64,000 bases of DNA. Source: a virus (lineage: Duplodnaviria; Caudoviricetes). The translations under genes were made by a program, and so were the position numbers. This document shows positions 37,602 to 48,353 of the stretch, piece by piece. The first letter of the stretch is position 1. Every line of letters begins with the position of its first letter. The stretch covers positions 64,001-128,000 of the IMG/VR virus record IMGVR_UViG_3300011008_000016; one strand, 5' to 3'. The notes below the pieces were generated by a model, which saw only the letters and a list, made by a program, of their open reading frames with translations, was not told the DNA's origin and made no database searches.

Positions 37602-38669
37602 TTAAATGCAGAAAGTGGGAAGGAGCCGATACTCACTGGTAGAATCTCCACTGTTGATGTCTCCGTCTGCCTCAATAAATGCATACTGAGTTCCATTTGC
37701 TTTCGCAGGAGAACGGGTCCAATGGTTGTCGTAACCAGTGACCATATCGCTCTGTTTCTTCTTACGGTTGACAGGATTCTTGTAGTACTCGTACTGATCA
37801 CCTTCGTTGACTACACCGACTGTTACGTCGTTACCCACGTATTCAGATTCAGACAGGAAGAATACCTTATCCGAAACAACAAGCAAATCACTGGACTTAT
37901 TACCAGCACTACAGGTCTTATCAACAGCCTTAATCAGAGCCTGAAGCTGAGGATTCAAAGCATCGAAGAATCCATTATTGCACCAAGCCCTACGTTTACA
38001 ATCTCTCCAGCCGCCAACATTTGTAATACGCGTATGCATAACACCAGCACTACCAATACCATTGGACAACTGAATAGTAACAGCAGCCTTTCCACCGCCA
38101 GTGAGATAATCATGATTGAATCCGATAATGGTTGCCATCTGAGTCATCGCAGCATGGGACTCTAGAACGCCATTAACAGCCTCGATTGTATTATACGTAA
38201 TCGGTCTCTGATCGCCAACATTCCAGAACTCGGCAAGGTCAATAATTCCAGCATAATGACGCTTCAGCATAATACCGATTTCTTCCAGAGTAGCCTCCGC
38301 AAACGGTACAATACCGGTCAGGCTTCCATCTGCCTTCACATCCACATAGATTTTATTTGCAATCGGGTCAAAGGTTGTTTCAACCTGCTCCAGAAGAACT
38401 CCGTCTGCCGAATATCCGTATACAGTATACGTATTATTTCCATTATCAACAAGAACTTCACGAGCCCCATCTGTGTAATCCACAGAGATTTGGTTGGTCC
38501 CAACATTCCATGTCGCCCTCTTATCATCATACCGACCCATAAGCTTACTGTTCAGGAGAGCGGTCAGATAAGAAGGAGCGAAATTCTTGAGACTTCTGTC
38601 ATAAAGGTCAATAGCAATATCAGGGATGTCGCCATGTAACGGCTCATCCAAATACATTGTAACTGCCAT
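37602..38669 (-). CDS. protein with C-terminal DUF6273-like domain
   Basis: IIGFNHD, NVGGW..CKRR, DKVFFLSESE, EGDQYEYY, HWTRSP, LLPTFCI. Confidence 0.8.
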   Translation of the reverse strand: MAVTMYLDEPLHGDIPDIAIDLYDRSLKNFAPSYLTALLNSKLMGRYDDKRATWNVGTNQISVDYTDGAREVLVDNGNNTYTVYGYSADGVLLEQVETTFDPIANKIYVDVKADGSLTGIVPFAEATLEEIGIMLKRHYAGIIDLAEFWNVGDQRPITYNTIEAVNGVLESHAAMTQMATIIGFNHDYLTGGGKAAVTIQLSNGIGSAGVMHTRITNVGGWRDCKRRAWCNNGFFDALNPQLQALIKAVDKTCSAGNKSSDLLVVSDKVFFLSESEYVGNDVTVGVVNEGDQYEYYKNPVNRKKKQSDMVTGYDNHWTRSPAKANGTQYAFIEADGDINSGDSTSEYRLLPTFCI

Positions 38670-38687
38670 GTCATTTCTCTCCTTTCG

Positions 38688-39143
38688 TTATGATTTTGCA
38701 TTCAAAACTTCCGTGACACGATTTAGAGCATCGCTCAATTCATTAACACGGTCGATAATTGTATTTATGGTTTTTGTAATTCCAGCATAATCTAATTCTG
38801 CTGAAATGTTGTAAAGTTTCGAGCCTTGTGACTCATTTGTACCATACCCAAGTGCCTGAAGATCTTTTGCATCTTTATCGATGATAACCCATGCCACAGC
38901 GGGGTCATTTTTGTCATCATCTGGCAATGAGCAGTATGTGCTCCAAACACAAGCGTGTAGCTTAATACCATCGCCGTTAATACCACCGATATCGGTAGCT
39001 TTGGCATCGGTCAGTATCCAGACAACGTAAGGATTATGTCTATCGGCATATGATAACTTTCTATAATCGGCGACAGTAATTTTCTTGTGGCGTATACCAC
39101 TACCACCACCACCACCGTTCAAATATGCAAGTCCCATATCCAA
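38688..39143 (-). CDS. hypothetical tail-associated protein with internal repeat
   Basis: two Y..L...D+..P.V.W++.D units; late motif at 39194-39205. Confidence 0.7.
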   Translation of the reverse strand: MDMGLAYLNGGGGGSGIRHKKITVADYRKLSYADRHNPYVVWILTDAKATDIGGINGDGIKLHACVWSTYCSLPDDDKNDPAVAWVIIDKDAKDLQALGYGTNESQGSKLYNISAELDYAGITKTINTIIDRVNELSDALNRVTEVLNAKS

Positions 39144-39303
39144 CGGTCTCCTTTCTTAAAATTTTTGGTTTTAATTCGTAGATGCACTGAATTTATATTT
39201 ATGTTCCAGACCCTCAATGCTATTGCCTTTGTAGACATACAAAAAAGAAAACATATACAAAAAAACAAGACAGTGGGAACCGAAGTTCCCACTGTCTTTC
39301 CCA

Positions 39304-40533
39304 TTATTCATCCTCTGTAAGATTTGCATATTCTGCCGATATAAGAACGTACTCGAATAGGAATACTGCAACCATACTGAATTTGTCAATTAATGGATTG
39401 ATGGCTGGTACAAGTGATTGTATTTTTTTGACAATCGCACCACCCTCAAACATGTCAACATGCATTCCAATAAGTTCAAAATCGTGTATAAGTTTATGGA
39501 GTTTCGGCATATCTGTATCACCAACTATAAAGTTTTCTGAATCTGCAAATCCCTGCATCACATGATGAACCAAATTCTCACGAATAGATTCAATAAATGG
39601 ATATATTTCCATGTATCGAGTAATCAACTTATATGCAGCTTCTTCTCCATATGTCACATACGGTAGATAATTATACACGACATTTGAAAATTGAGATGTA
39701 TAAAGTTCATTCATGAATTTATTATCATGGAATTCATATTCCTTCTCAAACTTGAGCGTTGGCAACATAATATATCGCCCATTAGTCATAGCGTCTAAAT
39801 CTTGATATTCTTTAATATCATCAACTAAATATTCACTGTAGCCGTTATGCCAGAATTGTGTCCATGAAATTCCGGAGTAGATAATCTTCTTGAAATAAGT
39901 ATCTATAACGGTAATTTCACATCCTCGGGCAGAAGTAAATAATCTATGGAGAGTTGTCCACATTTCATCGAAATCAAGATGCTTGCTGATAAACGTTTCA
40001 GCTATATGCTTTTCGAAATCTTTATTCCCAGCAGACATAAAGGAGTAATAGGTTTCTGCATCATCCCGTGTTTTGTAAATCCCAAGGACATTGTCAATTT
40101 CAAATGAACCTGGCTCAGAATCATAAACCATATAAGCTTTGATGAATCTATTCCTGATAGGAATCTTTCTTATTCCAGAACCTTGACACTTCTTACAAGA
40201 CGAAATGCCGTCAGCATCTACAACAACTCCAGAACCTTCACAATCTGGACAAACTTCATGTTCAAAATTCATATTATAAATCTCGAATGCTTTTCCATCA
40301 TATATTTTTGAAAATCGAGAATTCATTTCCTTGATAACTTCGTCAGGGTAAGTTTCATGATCCCCTTTTGTATTCATTGTAACTGCATAGAATATTCGAT
40401 CCTTTAAATCTTCTCGGCTCGTAATATCATAGTTACACGTAGGTGGTTCCAGTCTACATCCCCGAGAATGTTTACATATCTCACACATTGGATAGTTACT
40501 ATCTATCCTTGCTTTCATTTTAGTTCGTTTCAT
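39304..40533 (-). CDS. hypothetical protein with DnaJ-type zinc finger
   Basis: CPDCEGSG and CKKCQGSG. Confidence 0.7.
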   Translation of the reverse strand: MKRTKMKARIDSNYPMCEICKHSRGCRLEPPTCNYDITSREDLKDRIFYAVTMNTKGDHETYPDEVIKEMNSRFSKIYDGKAFEIYNMNFEHEVCPDCEGSGVVVDADGISSCKKCQGSGIRKIPIRNRFIKAYMVYDSEPGSFEIDNVLGIYKTRDDAETYYSFMSAGNKDFEKHIAETFISKHLDFDEMWTTLHRLFTSARGCEITVIDTYFKKIIYSGISWTQFWHNGYSEYLVDDIKEYQDLDAMTNGRYIMLPTLKFEKEYEFHDNKFMNELYTSQFSNVVYNYLPYVTYGEEAAYKLITRYMEIYPFIESIRENLVHHVMQGFADSENFIVGDTDMPKLHKLIHDFELIGMHVDMFEGGAIVKKIQSLVPAINPLIDKFSMVAVFLFEYVLISAEYANLTEDE

Positions 40534-40621
40534 TAATTGAGCTCCTTTCACTTAATTTTATCTTCCAAATAAATTAATTAGTAGGAGCGACATTCATATC
40601 ACTCCTACTAACGAACTTGTA

Positions 40622-41122
40622 CTACTCCTCGATGATTTCATCTACCGCTTTTGAAACGTCGTACTTTTCCGTATAAATACATTTCTCGTTTTTGAATATA
40701 TCTTCTAATGATAGGACTCTTCCGTCTTTACCATGGATTTCATTTAAGACTTTTTCAGTCACAATCTTATTCAACCTATTCTGCTTGACATAACAAGCCG
40801 CTTGGAAATCTCGGTAACTTATATTGAAAATAACTTTCATCATATCAATACATACTTGAACATCTGCCATTTCTTCTAACAGATTAATGGAGTCACCTTG
40901 ACCTCGGAGAATTTTTGTAAGTGATTTAATTAATTCACTACATTCTTCGATACAGATATGGATATCATTCTCTCCATTGGGCATTTCGGGCATATCTTCT
41001 GGTTTTGCAAGCATCATATGCAATTTATACGTATCCTCAAGTCCTTTTTTCTTAAAAGGTTTCACATACGTCTGAGAAGTAAGCACTTGTTTCAGTTCTT
41101 TGATGAAAGTTTCTCTGTCCAT
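40622..41122 (-). CDS. MazG-like nucleotide pyrophosphohydrolase
   Basis: IEECSELIKSL...LLEEMADV; ATG overlaps upstream stop (TAATG). Confidence 0.7.
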   Translation of the reverse strand: MDRETFIKELKQVLTSQTYVKPFKKKGLEDTYKLHMMLAKPEDMPEMPNGENDIHICIEECSELIKSLTKILRGQGDSINLLEEMADVQVCIDMMKVIFNISYRDFQAACYVKQNRLNKIVTEKVLNEIHGKDGRVLSLEDIFKNEKCIYTEKYDVSKAVDEIIEE

Positions 41123-42006
41123 TAGTAATCCTCCAGTACTTTTACCCCATACTTCTTTCCAACTTCGCAAAATGCTTTGTAATTGTTATCGTTGTTGTAG
41201 AATGTCCTTGGGATTGCAAAGAATACCTTACGAAATCTATAGGCAAACTTAAACCGACTATCGGTCAAAGTTAGACTATGGAAAAATGAATCGGCTACAT
41301 CCATCGGATCATTTTTAAACACTCCGCAACCAAATGCTCCGAGAATCAAATCCCAGAAATCATAGAGAGATGCTACATTTAATAATGCGACAATTCGCCA
41401 TACCAGCTCGTCAATGTATAGTTCATCACATGAATCGTGACCATTACGTATATAAGCCCCAAGATTTGGAGCAGCCATCGTAATAACTCCAGCCTTTGTA
41501 GTGTCATCGACTTTGTTCTCATCAAGGGTTCTATCTATAAATGTTATCTTGGTAGATATAATGGCATCCGAGCCGTATAAACCATGACTTAACATATTCT
41601 TATGAGGGATATAGAATTCGTCTTTCATAGTATTTAATGAATATATCAGTGTACTATGATGACAAAGAGCCTCTTCTTGGGCAGATGAACCACTATAAAA
41701 CATTCCGCCCGGATGTTTATATGATGCAAAATTCAAAACCCCGACGGGAACATCTTCCGGTTCATTTTTCTTATGTTTAAATAAACAGGACACCGTATCC
41801 GTTGGAACAATATAAATTTCCGCAGGTTTCGCAAAAGTAGTATAAGAATCATCGTCTGGTACTTTTAAAGTTATATTTTCTGAAACGTAGTAAGTATGGT
41901 CTATAGATTCTTTAATTTCGTCAACATAATTGTCCGTGAGATGATTTATCCATTGTTGGGCAAGTACTTGACGATCGTTTTTTGTAAAGCGTGACAAATT
42001 AATCAT
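41122..42006 (-). CDS. microbial-type PARG / macrodomain protein (TIGR02452-like)
   Basis: VLNFASYKHPGG.F..GSSAQEEALC, ITMAAPN, LILGAFGCGVFKNDP. Confidence 0.9.
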   Translation of the reverse strand: MINLSRFTKNDRQVLAQQWINHLTDNYVDEIKESIDHTYYVSENITLKVPDDDSYTTFAKPAEIYIVPTDTVSCLFKHKKNEPEDVPVGVLNFASYKHPGGMFYSGSSAQEEALCHHSTLIYSLNTMKDEFYIPHKNMLSHGLYGSDAIISTKITFIDRTLDENKVDDTTKAGVITMAAPNLGAYIRNGHDSCDELYIDELVWRIVALLNVASLYDFWDLILGAFGCGVFKNDPMDVADSFFHSLTLTDSRFKFAYRFRKVFFAIPRTFYNNDNNYKAFCEVGKKYGVKVLEDY

Positions 42007-42514
42007 ATATAATTTCTCCCTTTGAATTGATAATGTTCATTACGGGTTTCTTTTTAAAATCGGCATAGGATATACAGTGAAATGTTCCACCCTTCTTCTC
42101 ACCATTCCATACAGCAATAACTTCATCAGAATGATTTACCATATACCGATTACGTTCTTCTAAACATCCTGGAACGTAATCAGAATCGGTTACATAAACT
42201 ACTTCATCTGCCCGTTCCAAAATATTATTGAACCTCCAGATGTCTTCATCGTCGAACCAAGGTTCTGTCAAATTATGACAAGGAACTGCACAATGAAGTT
42301 GTATTTTGTATCCTTTCTTATCCCGTAAGTCTAATACGGCTAATGCAAATACGGTGTCAACTCCGAGAGCCATACCCGTGATAGCCGTTGTACATTCTTT
42401 TTCAACCAGTATTCGTTGAAATACGTCATGTAATTCTACCCACCTGGGATTTCCAAGGTCATAACCATATAGTTTCTTTGGTCTATGACCAGTAACACAA
42501 ATGGTCTTTGCCAT
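41999..42514 (-). CDS. YspA/DUF1273 SLOG-family protein
   Basis: CVTGHRP, ITGMALGVD, RNRYMVNHSD.VIAVWNG...GGT. Confidence 0.88.
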   Translation of the reverse strand: MAKTICVTGHRPKKLYGYDLGNPRWVELHDVFQRILVEKECTTAITGMALGVDTVFALAVLDLRDKKGYKIQLHCAVPCHNLTEPWFDDEDIWRFNNILERADEVVYVTDSDYVPGCLEERNRYMVNHSDEVIAVWNGEKKGGTFHCISYADFKKKPVMNIINSKGEIIYD

Positions 42515-42562
42515 TAATTTTTCCTCCCGTTCTATTTATTTGATAAGAGAATAATATAGTTT

Positions 42563-43126
42563 TCAGAATGCATATAACGAAATAAATACATCTAATGGAT
42601 GTTTATTTTTACGGAAATTCATAGCTACCATAAAAGCGTATGAATCTCCTTTCTTTTCAAATAAGCATACCTTCTCCATCTCTTTCTCACTCCATTCATT
42701 ATAGAATTCAGGAGTTATCTTTAATCCATACTCTGCATAAACGTCATCGGATTGTATCTGAAATTCCTCAGTATCTACATCTAATAGAAAAGCTCGTCTT
42801 TTTCGTACAGCATTCGTACTCTCTGATAAATAAGATGGAAAATAATCTTTAATAGTAGTGGTTTTATTCCAATGAGCAAAAAATACAGCAGCCAATTTTC
42901 CAGTATCTATAGAATATACAGGTACGAGACCAAATAGCCCCTGATTGTATTCTTTTGATACATCATTTTCGTACAGTATTACATGGTCTTGCGGACCATA
43001 CAAAAATTTATCACCAAATGTAAATAAATTTTCAGTTGGTGATTTTTCTTTTATATCGTTAATTGTCTCATATATCATTACGTCAATACGGTATCTTATC
43101 GGTCCCGTTCTGGGCCATCTATCCAT
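42563..43126 (-). CDS. hypothetical protein
   Basis: 187 aa, AAGGAGG RBS, GACA-N6-TAA at 43153. Confidence 0.75.
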   Translation of the reverse strand: MDRWPRTGPIRYRIDVMIYETINDIKEKSPTENLFTFGDKFLYGPQDHVILYENDVSKEYNQGLFGLVPVYSIDTGKLAAVFFAHWNKTTTIKDYFPSYLSESTNAVRKRRAFLLDVDTEEFQIQSDDVYAEYGLKITPEFYNEWSEKEMEKVCLFEKKGDSYAFMVAMNFRKNKHPLDVFISLYAF

Positions 43127-43248
43127 GTTATTATCCTCCTTAGGTATAAATTTATTAGTCTGTCAAAATAAGTACAAAAAATAAAAGTAAGGTATCCCAG
43201 TCATTTTCTGGGATACCTTTTCATCATTCGTATAAAAAGTCTGTCGAG

Positions 43249-43572
43249 TCAATTTTGAGCACAGTGTTTGGCAATGTAATTGAAACTGGCATCAGAGCAC
43301 GATGTCATCATTGTCGCATTGTCAGTTTGGTAGAATATATGAAATTCACCATTTCTCAGATTTACAAATACGAGATTGTCACCTCTTCCAACGTAGGTTG
43401 AAACTGGGTTAGGATAAGATTCATTCATTGCCTGTTCCATAGCATGATAAATACCATCAGCTAAGCAAGAAGACCTATTTGCTATCTCTTTAATGATAGA
43501 ACCCATAGTGTTTTCATCTACGTGCTCGGTAACTTCAGCGTATAAGTGTTTTTCGATAGATGGTTCATTCAT
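43249..43572 (-). CDS. hypothetical protein
   Basis: 107 aa, AGGGAGGT RBS. Confidence 0.75.
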   Translation of the reverse strand: MNEPSIEKHLYAEVTEHVDENTMGSIIKEIANRSSCLADGIYHAMEQAMNESYPNPVSTYVGRGDNLVFVNLRNGEFHIFYQTDNATMMTSCSDASFNYIAKHCAQN

Positions 43573-43638
43573 CGTATCACACCTCCCTTTCTACCTTAAC
43601 TTTAGATAGATAAAGATAATCTAAAGTCTTGATAAATT

Positions 43639-45699
43639 TTAATACTTCAAATTCAACTTAACTTTATCATATGTGCGGTTAAGTTGATTTCGAATCCTCA
43701 TAAGCTCGTATTTCTTCTGCTTATTGTCATCACCTCTGCTGTCTTCAATTTTCTCGTTGACGATCTGGATTTCATCCTCTAATTCTTTAAGGATTTTTTG
43801 TCTTTCATTTGTGTCCAGATATTTATCGGTAGCAATATAAGCAATGAACGCAATTCCTGCAAGAATTGCAGCAGGAGTAAATACTGTTCCAACAGCGGAC
43901 ATAGCACCTAACCCAATACCACGTTTAATCCAACGCAGAATCTTAGGATAAGCCCATCCGCCTTTCAATATAATGTTCCTACGTTCATTAGCATCTGCTT
44001 GTTTGACTTTTTCAATCTGTTGATTGAAAAACTTTTCCATAGGATCAACGGTTCTTTTGACTGCCTGTCCTACTCCTTCCGTTTTATCCTTTGTAGCAGA
44101 CTTAGCGAATGCCTGATTCGCTTTACTTTCAGCCCGACGAGCCATTTTACCAGTTTTAGAACCACCGGATTCAGACTTTTTGTTGTTGTTCAGATGCTCA
44201 ACTGTTTTATATCCTGCGTATGCACCAACTGCGGTTGCTACCGCATTTATTGCAGGGTTTTCCAATACTGGATCACTGATATCTGTTTCCATAATGAGTA
44301 CAGAACCATCATCGGATTCCTCTACATAATAGTTTTCATTTATAATAGAAGAAACTCTTGCAAATTGAAGCATTGCTTCATTAATTTCTTCATCAGAATC
44401 TGCATCCCAAATATCAGAAAGAACCGTACCAACCCTTCTCGATGCTACAGGGAATGGTGTTAATTCTCCTATTCCTCTTTGGTTTGGACAAAATCCAGTT
44501 TCAGCAGTTGAGGGTGCACATACGGCTGGACCACCAGCGGTTGCCTCTTCTTTCACCTCTTCATAAGCGGAATCCATCACTTCTGCAAATAATTGGTCTA
44601 AATGTTGAAGATTTTCAAGCATCTCCTGGTTGTCTCCACATCTTTTTTGAACAAATTCAAGAACGGCTCCAGTAGTTGCAAGTAAAGGAACATCTTTAAA
44701 GCTTTCATGTGTAAATTCGTATTTCGCTGTATTCTTATAGCAGTTCAAGAACTGTAGCACGGATGTCTTGTCGCAAGTATCTGTTACAATACAAATGACT
44801 CCATGTAACAATCCGTCTCCAGATAACATATCCTGACCGACAATGTTTTCAAACGTTGCAAATAAATCAAGTCCATTATCTTCTGAACTAACAACAGATT
44901 CCATTGTAGGAATTCCTGTAGAAGATTGGTATGTATAATCGGATGGTGCAAGTTCGCCAATCCAAGCAAGCTTTGCCTCCATCGCCATATAGTTTGTTTT
45001 ACCATCTTCTACGTTGCCCAACCTGTTGTTGACTGACTCTAATATAGAGCAGTATGCTTTCAGTTCAGGATTGATATCTGACTGATGTTCCAAGACACCC
45101 TGATTTGCAAGACCAATAAAATCATTCATAGATTCAGAAACTGGAACCATCTTAGCTAGTTTATGAATATCATGAACTCCTTTTCTGGCACAAATCTCAT
45201 TGGTTATTCTATCATACGCTTTTGCCTTTTCAGTTGCGTTGCTTCCATATAAACGATAACCTATACGATCATATTGATTTTGTAATGCGGTTTTTAATAT
45301 TTCGGCAGGCATGACTGTAACAGCATATAGAATTACAGCAATGATTAACGTAAACGTTGTCGTAAGAGTAACTCCTCCCACAATTAACAATCCATCAATT
45401 GTGAGTAAAACTTCGGTAATGTCCTTTCCTCCTTCAGCTAAGAAGTTTAAGACAGCATCACCAAACTTTCTGATGTATTCGTCTCCACTTTCAGCAAAGA
45501 TGGTGGCTTCTCTTTCTATCTCAGCTTTAGGTTTAACGTATTGGCTTCCATCTCCTTTGGATTCCAATATTGACAAAAAGTCTTTATTTTCCAAAAGAAT
45601 GGGAAGCATTTGATGTCTATAGGTGCTTTCCAGAGTTCTGTACTCTTCCATAGTACAGTCTGAAAAACGTATTTTACGTTCTAAATTTGATATAGACAT
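43639..45699 (-). CDS. putative internal head / ejection protein
   Basis: many xLES/xMES/xMEA/xLEN sites, two hydrophobic hairpin segments, NQRGIGELTP shared with the capsid; late motif at 45741. Confidence 0.6.
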   Translation of the reverse strand: MSISNLERKIRFSDCTMEEYRTLESTYRHQMLPILLENKDFLSILESKGDGSQYVKPKAEIEREATIFAESGDEYIRKFGDAVLNFLAEGGKDITEVLLTIDGLLIVGGVTLTTTFTLIIAVILYAVTVMPAEILKTALQNQYDRIGYRLYGSNATEKAKAYDRITNEICARKGVHDIHKLAKMVPVSESMNDFIGLANQGVLEHQSDINPELKAYCSILESVNNRLGNVEDGKTNYMAMEAKLAWIGELAPSDYTYQSSTGIPTMESVVSSEDNGLDLFATFENIVGQDMLSGDGLLHGVICIVTDTCDKTSVLQFLNCYKNTAKYEFTHESFKDVPLLATTGAVLEFVQKRCGDNQEMLENLQHLDQLFAEVMDSAYEEVKEEATAGGPAVCAPSTAETGFCPNQRGIGELTPFPVASRRVGTVLSDIWDADSDEEINEAMLQFARVSSIINENYYVEESDDGSVLIMETDISDPVLENPAINAVATAVGAYAGYKTVEHLNNNKKSESGGSKTGKMARRAESKANQAFAKSATKDKTEGVGQAVKRTVDPMEKFFNQQIEKVKQADANERRNIILKGGWAYPKILRWIKRGIGLGAMSAVGTVFTPAAILAGIAFIAYIATDKYLDTNERQKILKELEDEIQIVNEKIEDSRGDDNKQKKYELMRIRNQLNRTYDKVKLNLKY

Positions 45700-45895
45700 T
45701 TCTATTATCCTCCTTCTTAAAATATTCAATCTCAATAGATTAGATATTTGTTCCCTATACCACTATTTATCGCTCTTATATAATCCACCACGGTCTATAA
45801 ATACTTTTTACAAACATCAATATAATTGCAGAATGTGCATCGAAATCAGTTACATGACCTTTTGTAAAATATCTTAGGAAAGGAGGTACTCTTGG

Positions 45896-46429
45896 ATGGC
45901 ATATTCAGAGGAGAAAGATCTAATTCAGAATATGAAAGATCTTGAAGGTCGTATCAACTCTGCTATGAATGAGGTTGACAGTATACGACCGGATATCGAA
46001 ATGATACGATCCATCAAATCTGATCTCGAAAGCCTTTCTGATGCAACAATTGCTGTTGTTAATCAGTATGAGACTACCTTGAGAGATAAAGATGAAGAGT
46101 ATGCTGATTTACTCATCAGATGTAAATCACAATTCAGACAAGTAACAGATGATGTTGAATCCCTTGTCAGTTTGGAAGTGAATTTCACCGACATTAAAGA
46201 TAAGATATTACTGTGCCTTGAGCTCAGTGAGCATATATCGAATTTAGTTAAGGGTCCATTTGTATTAATGAAACCCAATAACTACATTCAGGTAGATGAT
46301 AGGATTCCATATAAACACTATTTAAAGGTTATCGATGCAATTGACATCGATGGCTCTGGAGGTGGGGTTCCTGCCTCTGGTCGTTACATTGTTAGTCCAA
46401 CTCTTGGAATCAGCTATGATGCCAAGTAG
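45896..46429 (+). CDS. hypothetical coiled-coil protein (late)
   Basis: AAAGGAGG RBS; AACA-N6-TAA at 45813. Confidence 0.75.
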   Translation: MAYSEEKDLIQNMKDLEGRINSAMNEVDSIRPDIEMIRSIKSDLESLSDATIAVVNQYETTLRDKDEEYADLLIRCKSQFRQVTDDVESLVSLEVNFTDIKDKILLCLELSEHISNLVKGPFVLMKPNNYIQVDDRIPYKHYLKVIDAIDIDGSGGGVPASGRYIVSPTLGISYDAK

Positions 46430-46476
46430 TTTGTACTATAAATAAACTAAATTCTTTTTAAGGAAGGAGAACTACT

Positions 46477-47646
46477 ATGAGTGATCTTAATCAGGTAAGG
46501 ATTCAGGTCCTTGACGCAGAAACAGGTACAGTCATCGATAACGTTGATGTGAAGACATCTGACGGTGCTGTCTATCTTCCTGACGGAAGTACCCTTCGTA
46601 GCTGGATTGCCCAGAATGAAGAGGCGTTTTCCGAGTTTCAGCAGAAGGTAACTGCGCACCTTGCAAAGCAGCACGTTGATCCGGCTAAGGTCGATTCCCT
46701 GTTCACGGGTCTGGCTTATAACGGAAATACGGGCGTATTTACAATTACTAAGCACAACGGCGAAACCGAGGAGATTGACACCCTTCTGGAGAAGGTGACG
46801 GTCAACTTTACTCTGGTTGATGGAACCTATGATGCTGTTTCCAATCCGACTGGTGATCCGAGTGCTCAGGACTACTTCGAGGAGAGTGCTGGCTCTTACG
46901 TGGCAACCGAGGATACCGAGGTTCAGGCTGGTAAGACCTACTATGTTGACAATACTGCTCGCGAGTATCTTGCTCTGACGGCTCAGGATGGCACGGTTCA
47001 GAAGCTGGATGTCACGAAGCTGGTTGATGTCTACAAGGGCAGCAATGCAAACGGCATTACCGTTGCGGTTGCGGCTGACAAGACTATCTCTGCTTCTATC
47101 AATGACGATTCTATCAGCTATACGAAGCTTGATGCTGAACTGAAGGCTAAGGTTGATGCTGAGTACAGCCTGCCTGCGGCTACTACGAGTGAGCTTGGTG
47201 GCGTTATCGTTGGTAACGGTCTGGCTGTTGCGAACGATGGAACTATCTCTGCAAACAACATTACTTACGGCGGAAATGCGGTTTCTATGGCTCTGTCTGA
47301 GACTGAGAATACGGTTGTTACTTCTGTTTCCGGTCCTGCTGATGCTGTTGTTACCACGACTGTTGACACGGCGGTTGCTCCTCTGGTTGTTTCCGCTACG
47401 TTCAGCGGAGCTCAGTCTGCGAATGCTTCTGCTACCTATCAGTGGTATAAGAAGACCATCGGCACTGATGTTGCGTTCAGCGCTATTTCTGGTGCTACTG
47501 GTGCAACTCTGGCTGCGGCTAACATCGACGTTACTACCGAGGGAAGCACGATTTACTACTGCGTAGTTGGTGCTACCGGCACTGATGTCGTTGCTGATCC
47601 TGTAACTTCTAAGAGGGTTACGGTTGTTGTAAACGCAGCGGCTTAA
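46477..47646 (+). CDS. abundant virion decoration / fibre protein with C-terminal Ig-like domain
   Basis: strong codon bias; YSLPAATTSELGGVIVGNGL; TYQWY...AISGAT...YYCVV. Confidence 0.7.
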   Translation: MSDLNQVRIQVLDAETGTVIDNVDVKTSDGAVYLPDGSTLRSWIAQNEEAFSEFQQKVTAHLAKQHVDPAKVDSLFTGLAYNGNTGVFTITKHNGETEEIDTLLEKVTVNFTLVDGTYDAVSNPTGDPSAQDYFEESAGSYVATEDTEVQAGKTYYVDNTAREYLALTAQDGTVQKLDVTKLVDVYKGSNANGITVAVAADKTISASINDDSISYTKLDAELKAKVDAEYSLPAATTSELGGVIVGNGLAVANDGTISANNITYGGNAVSMALSETENTVVTSVSGPADAVVTTTVDTAVAPLVVSATFSGAQSANASATYQWYKKTIGTDVAFSAISGATGATLAAANIDVTTEGSTIYYCVVGATGTDVVADPVTSKRVTVVVNAAA

Positions 47647-47750
47647 AGCTTAATGCTTTAATAACATACGACGAAACTGGTATGGGAGGTCGCAATTTTA
47701 TTGTGATCTCCCATACTTTCAATCAAAAATAAGCAAAAGGAGGCGGTATT

Positions 47751-48191
47751 ATGCCTAATTTATACAAAGTGCAGCACGAAGATTCTGCGGGCAATATAAT
47801 CCTTTATGCCTCTTCAGCGGAAATTACTGCGTTTGATTCATCAAAATGCACTAATTTGGATGCTAATAACTCGCAGGATGCTATCGTTGCTATAAATCAA
47901 AAGGCTGAGGGTAAGGCCAAGATGCTGACCTTCACTACAATCATTCGTGCCTCAGCCTTTGAAGGTGTTACTGCACCTTATACACAAAGTATCGATGTTA
48001 CCGGGATTCTTGCTACAGATACACCTGATGTTGGTGTTAGACTATCGTCTGATATCACAGAGGCATTGGCTCAGCAGGAATCATTCGGTAGCGTGACTAA
48101 GATAGAAACCGGTAACGGTAAAATTACCGTATACTGTTACGAAGATAAACCCAAAGTGGATATTCCTGTACAAATGAGAGTATTCCGTTGA
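47751..48191 (+). CDS. hypothetical tail-fibre-related protein
   Basis: APYTQSIDVTGILATDTP...GKITVYC..KP..DIPV. Confidence 0.65.
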   Translation: MPNLYKVQHEDSAGNIILYASSAEITAFDSSKCTNLDANNSQDAIVAINQKAEGKAKMLTFTTIIRASAFEGVTAPYTQSIDVTGILATDTPDVGVRLSSDITEALAQQESFGSVTKIETGNGKITVYCYEDKPKVDIPVQMRVFR

Positions 48192-48353
48192 GGGTTGTGT
48201 GACACATTGACTGGGAAAACATTGAAAGAACCATAAGGTGGATTTTTATATCCACCTTATGGTTCTTTTCTGAATGAAAATAAATAAGAGTCGGATACCT
48301 TCGCATCCAACTCTTATAACTTTCGTTGTATTTTGTAGTAGCCTGTATGTAGA

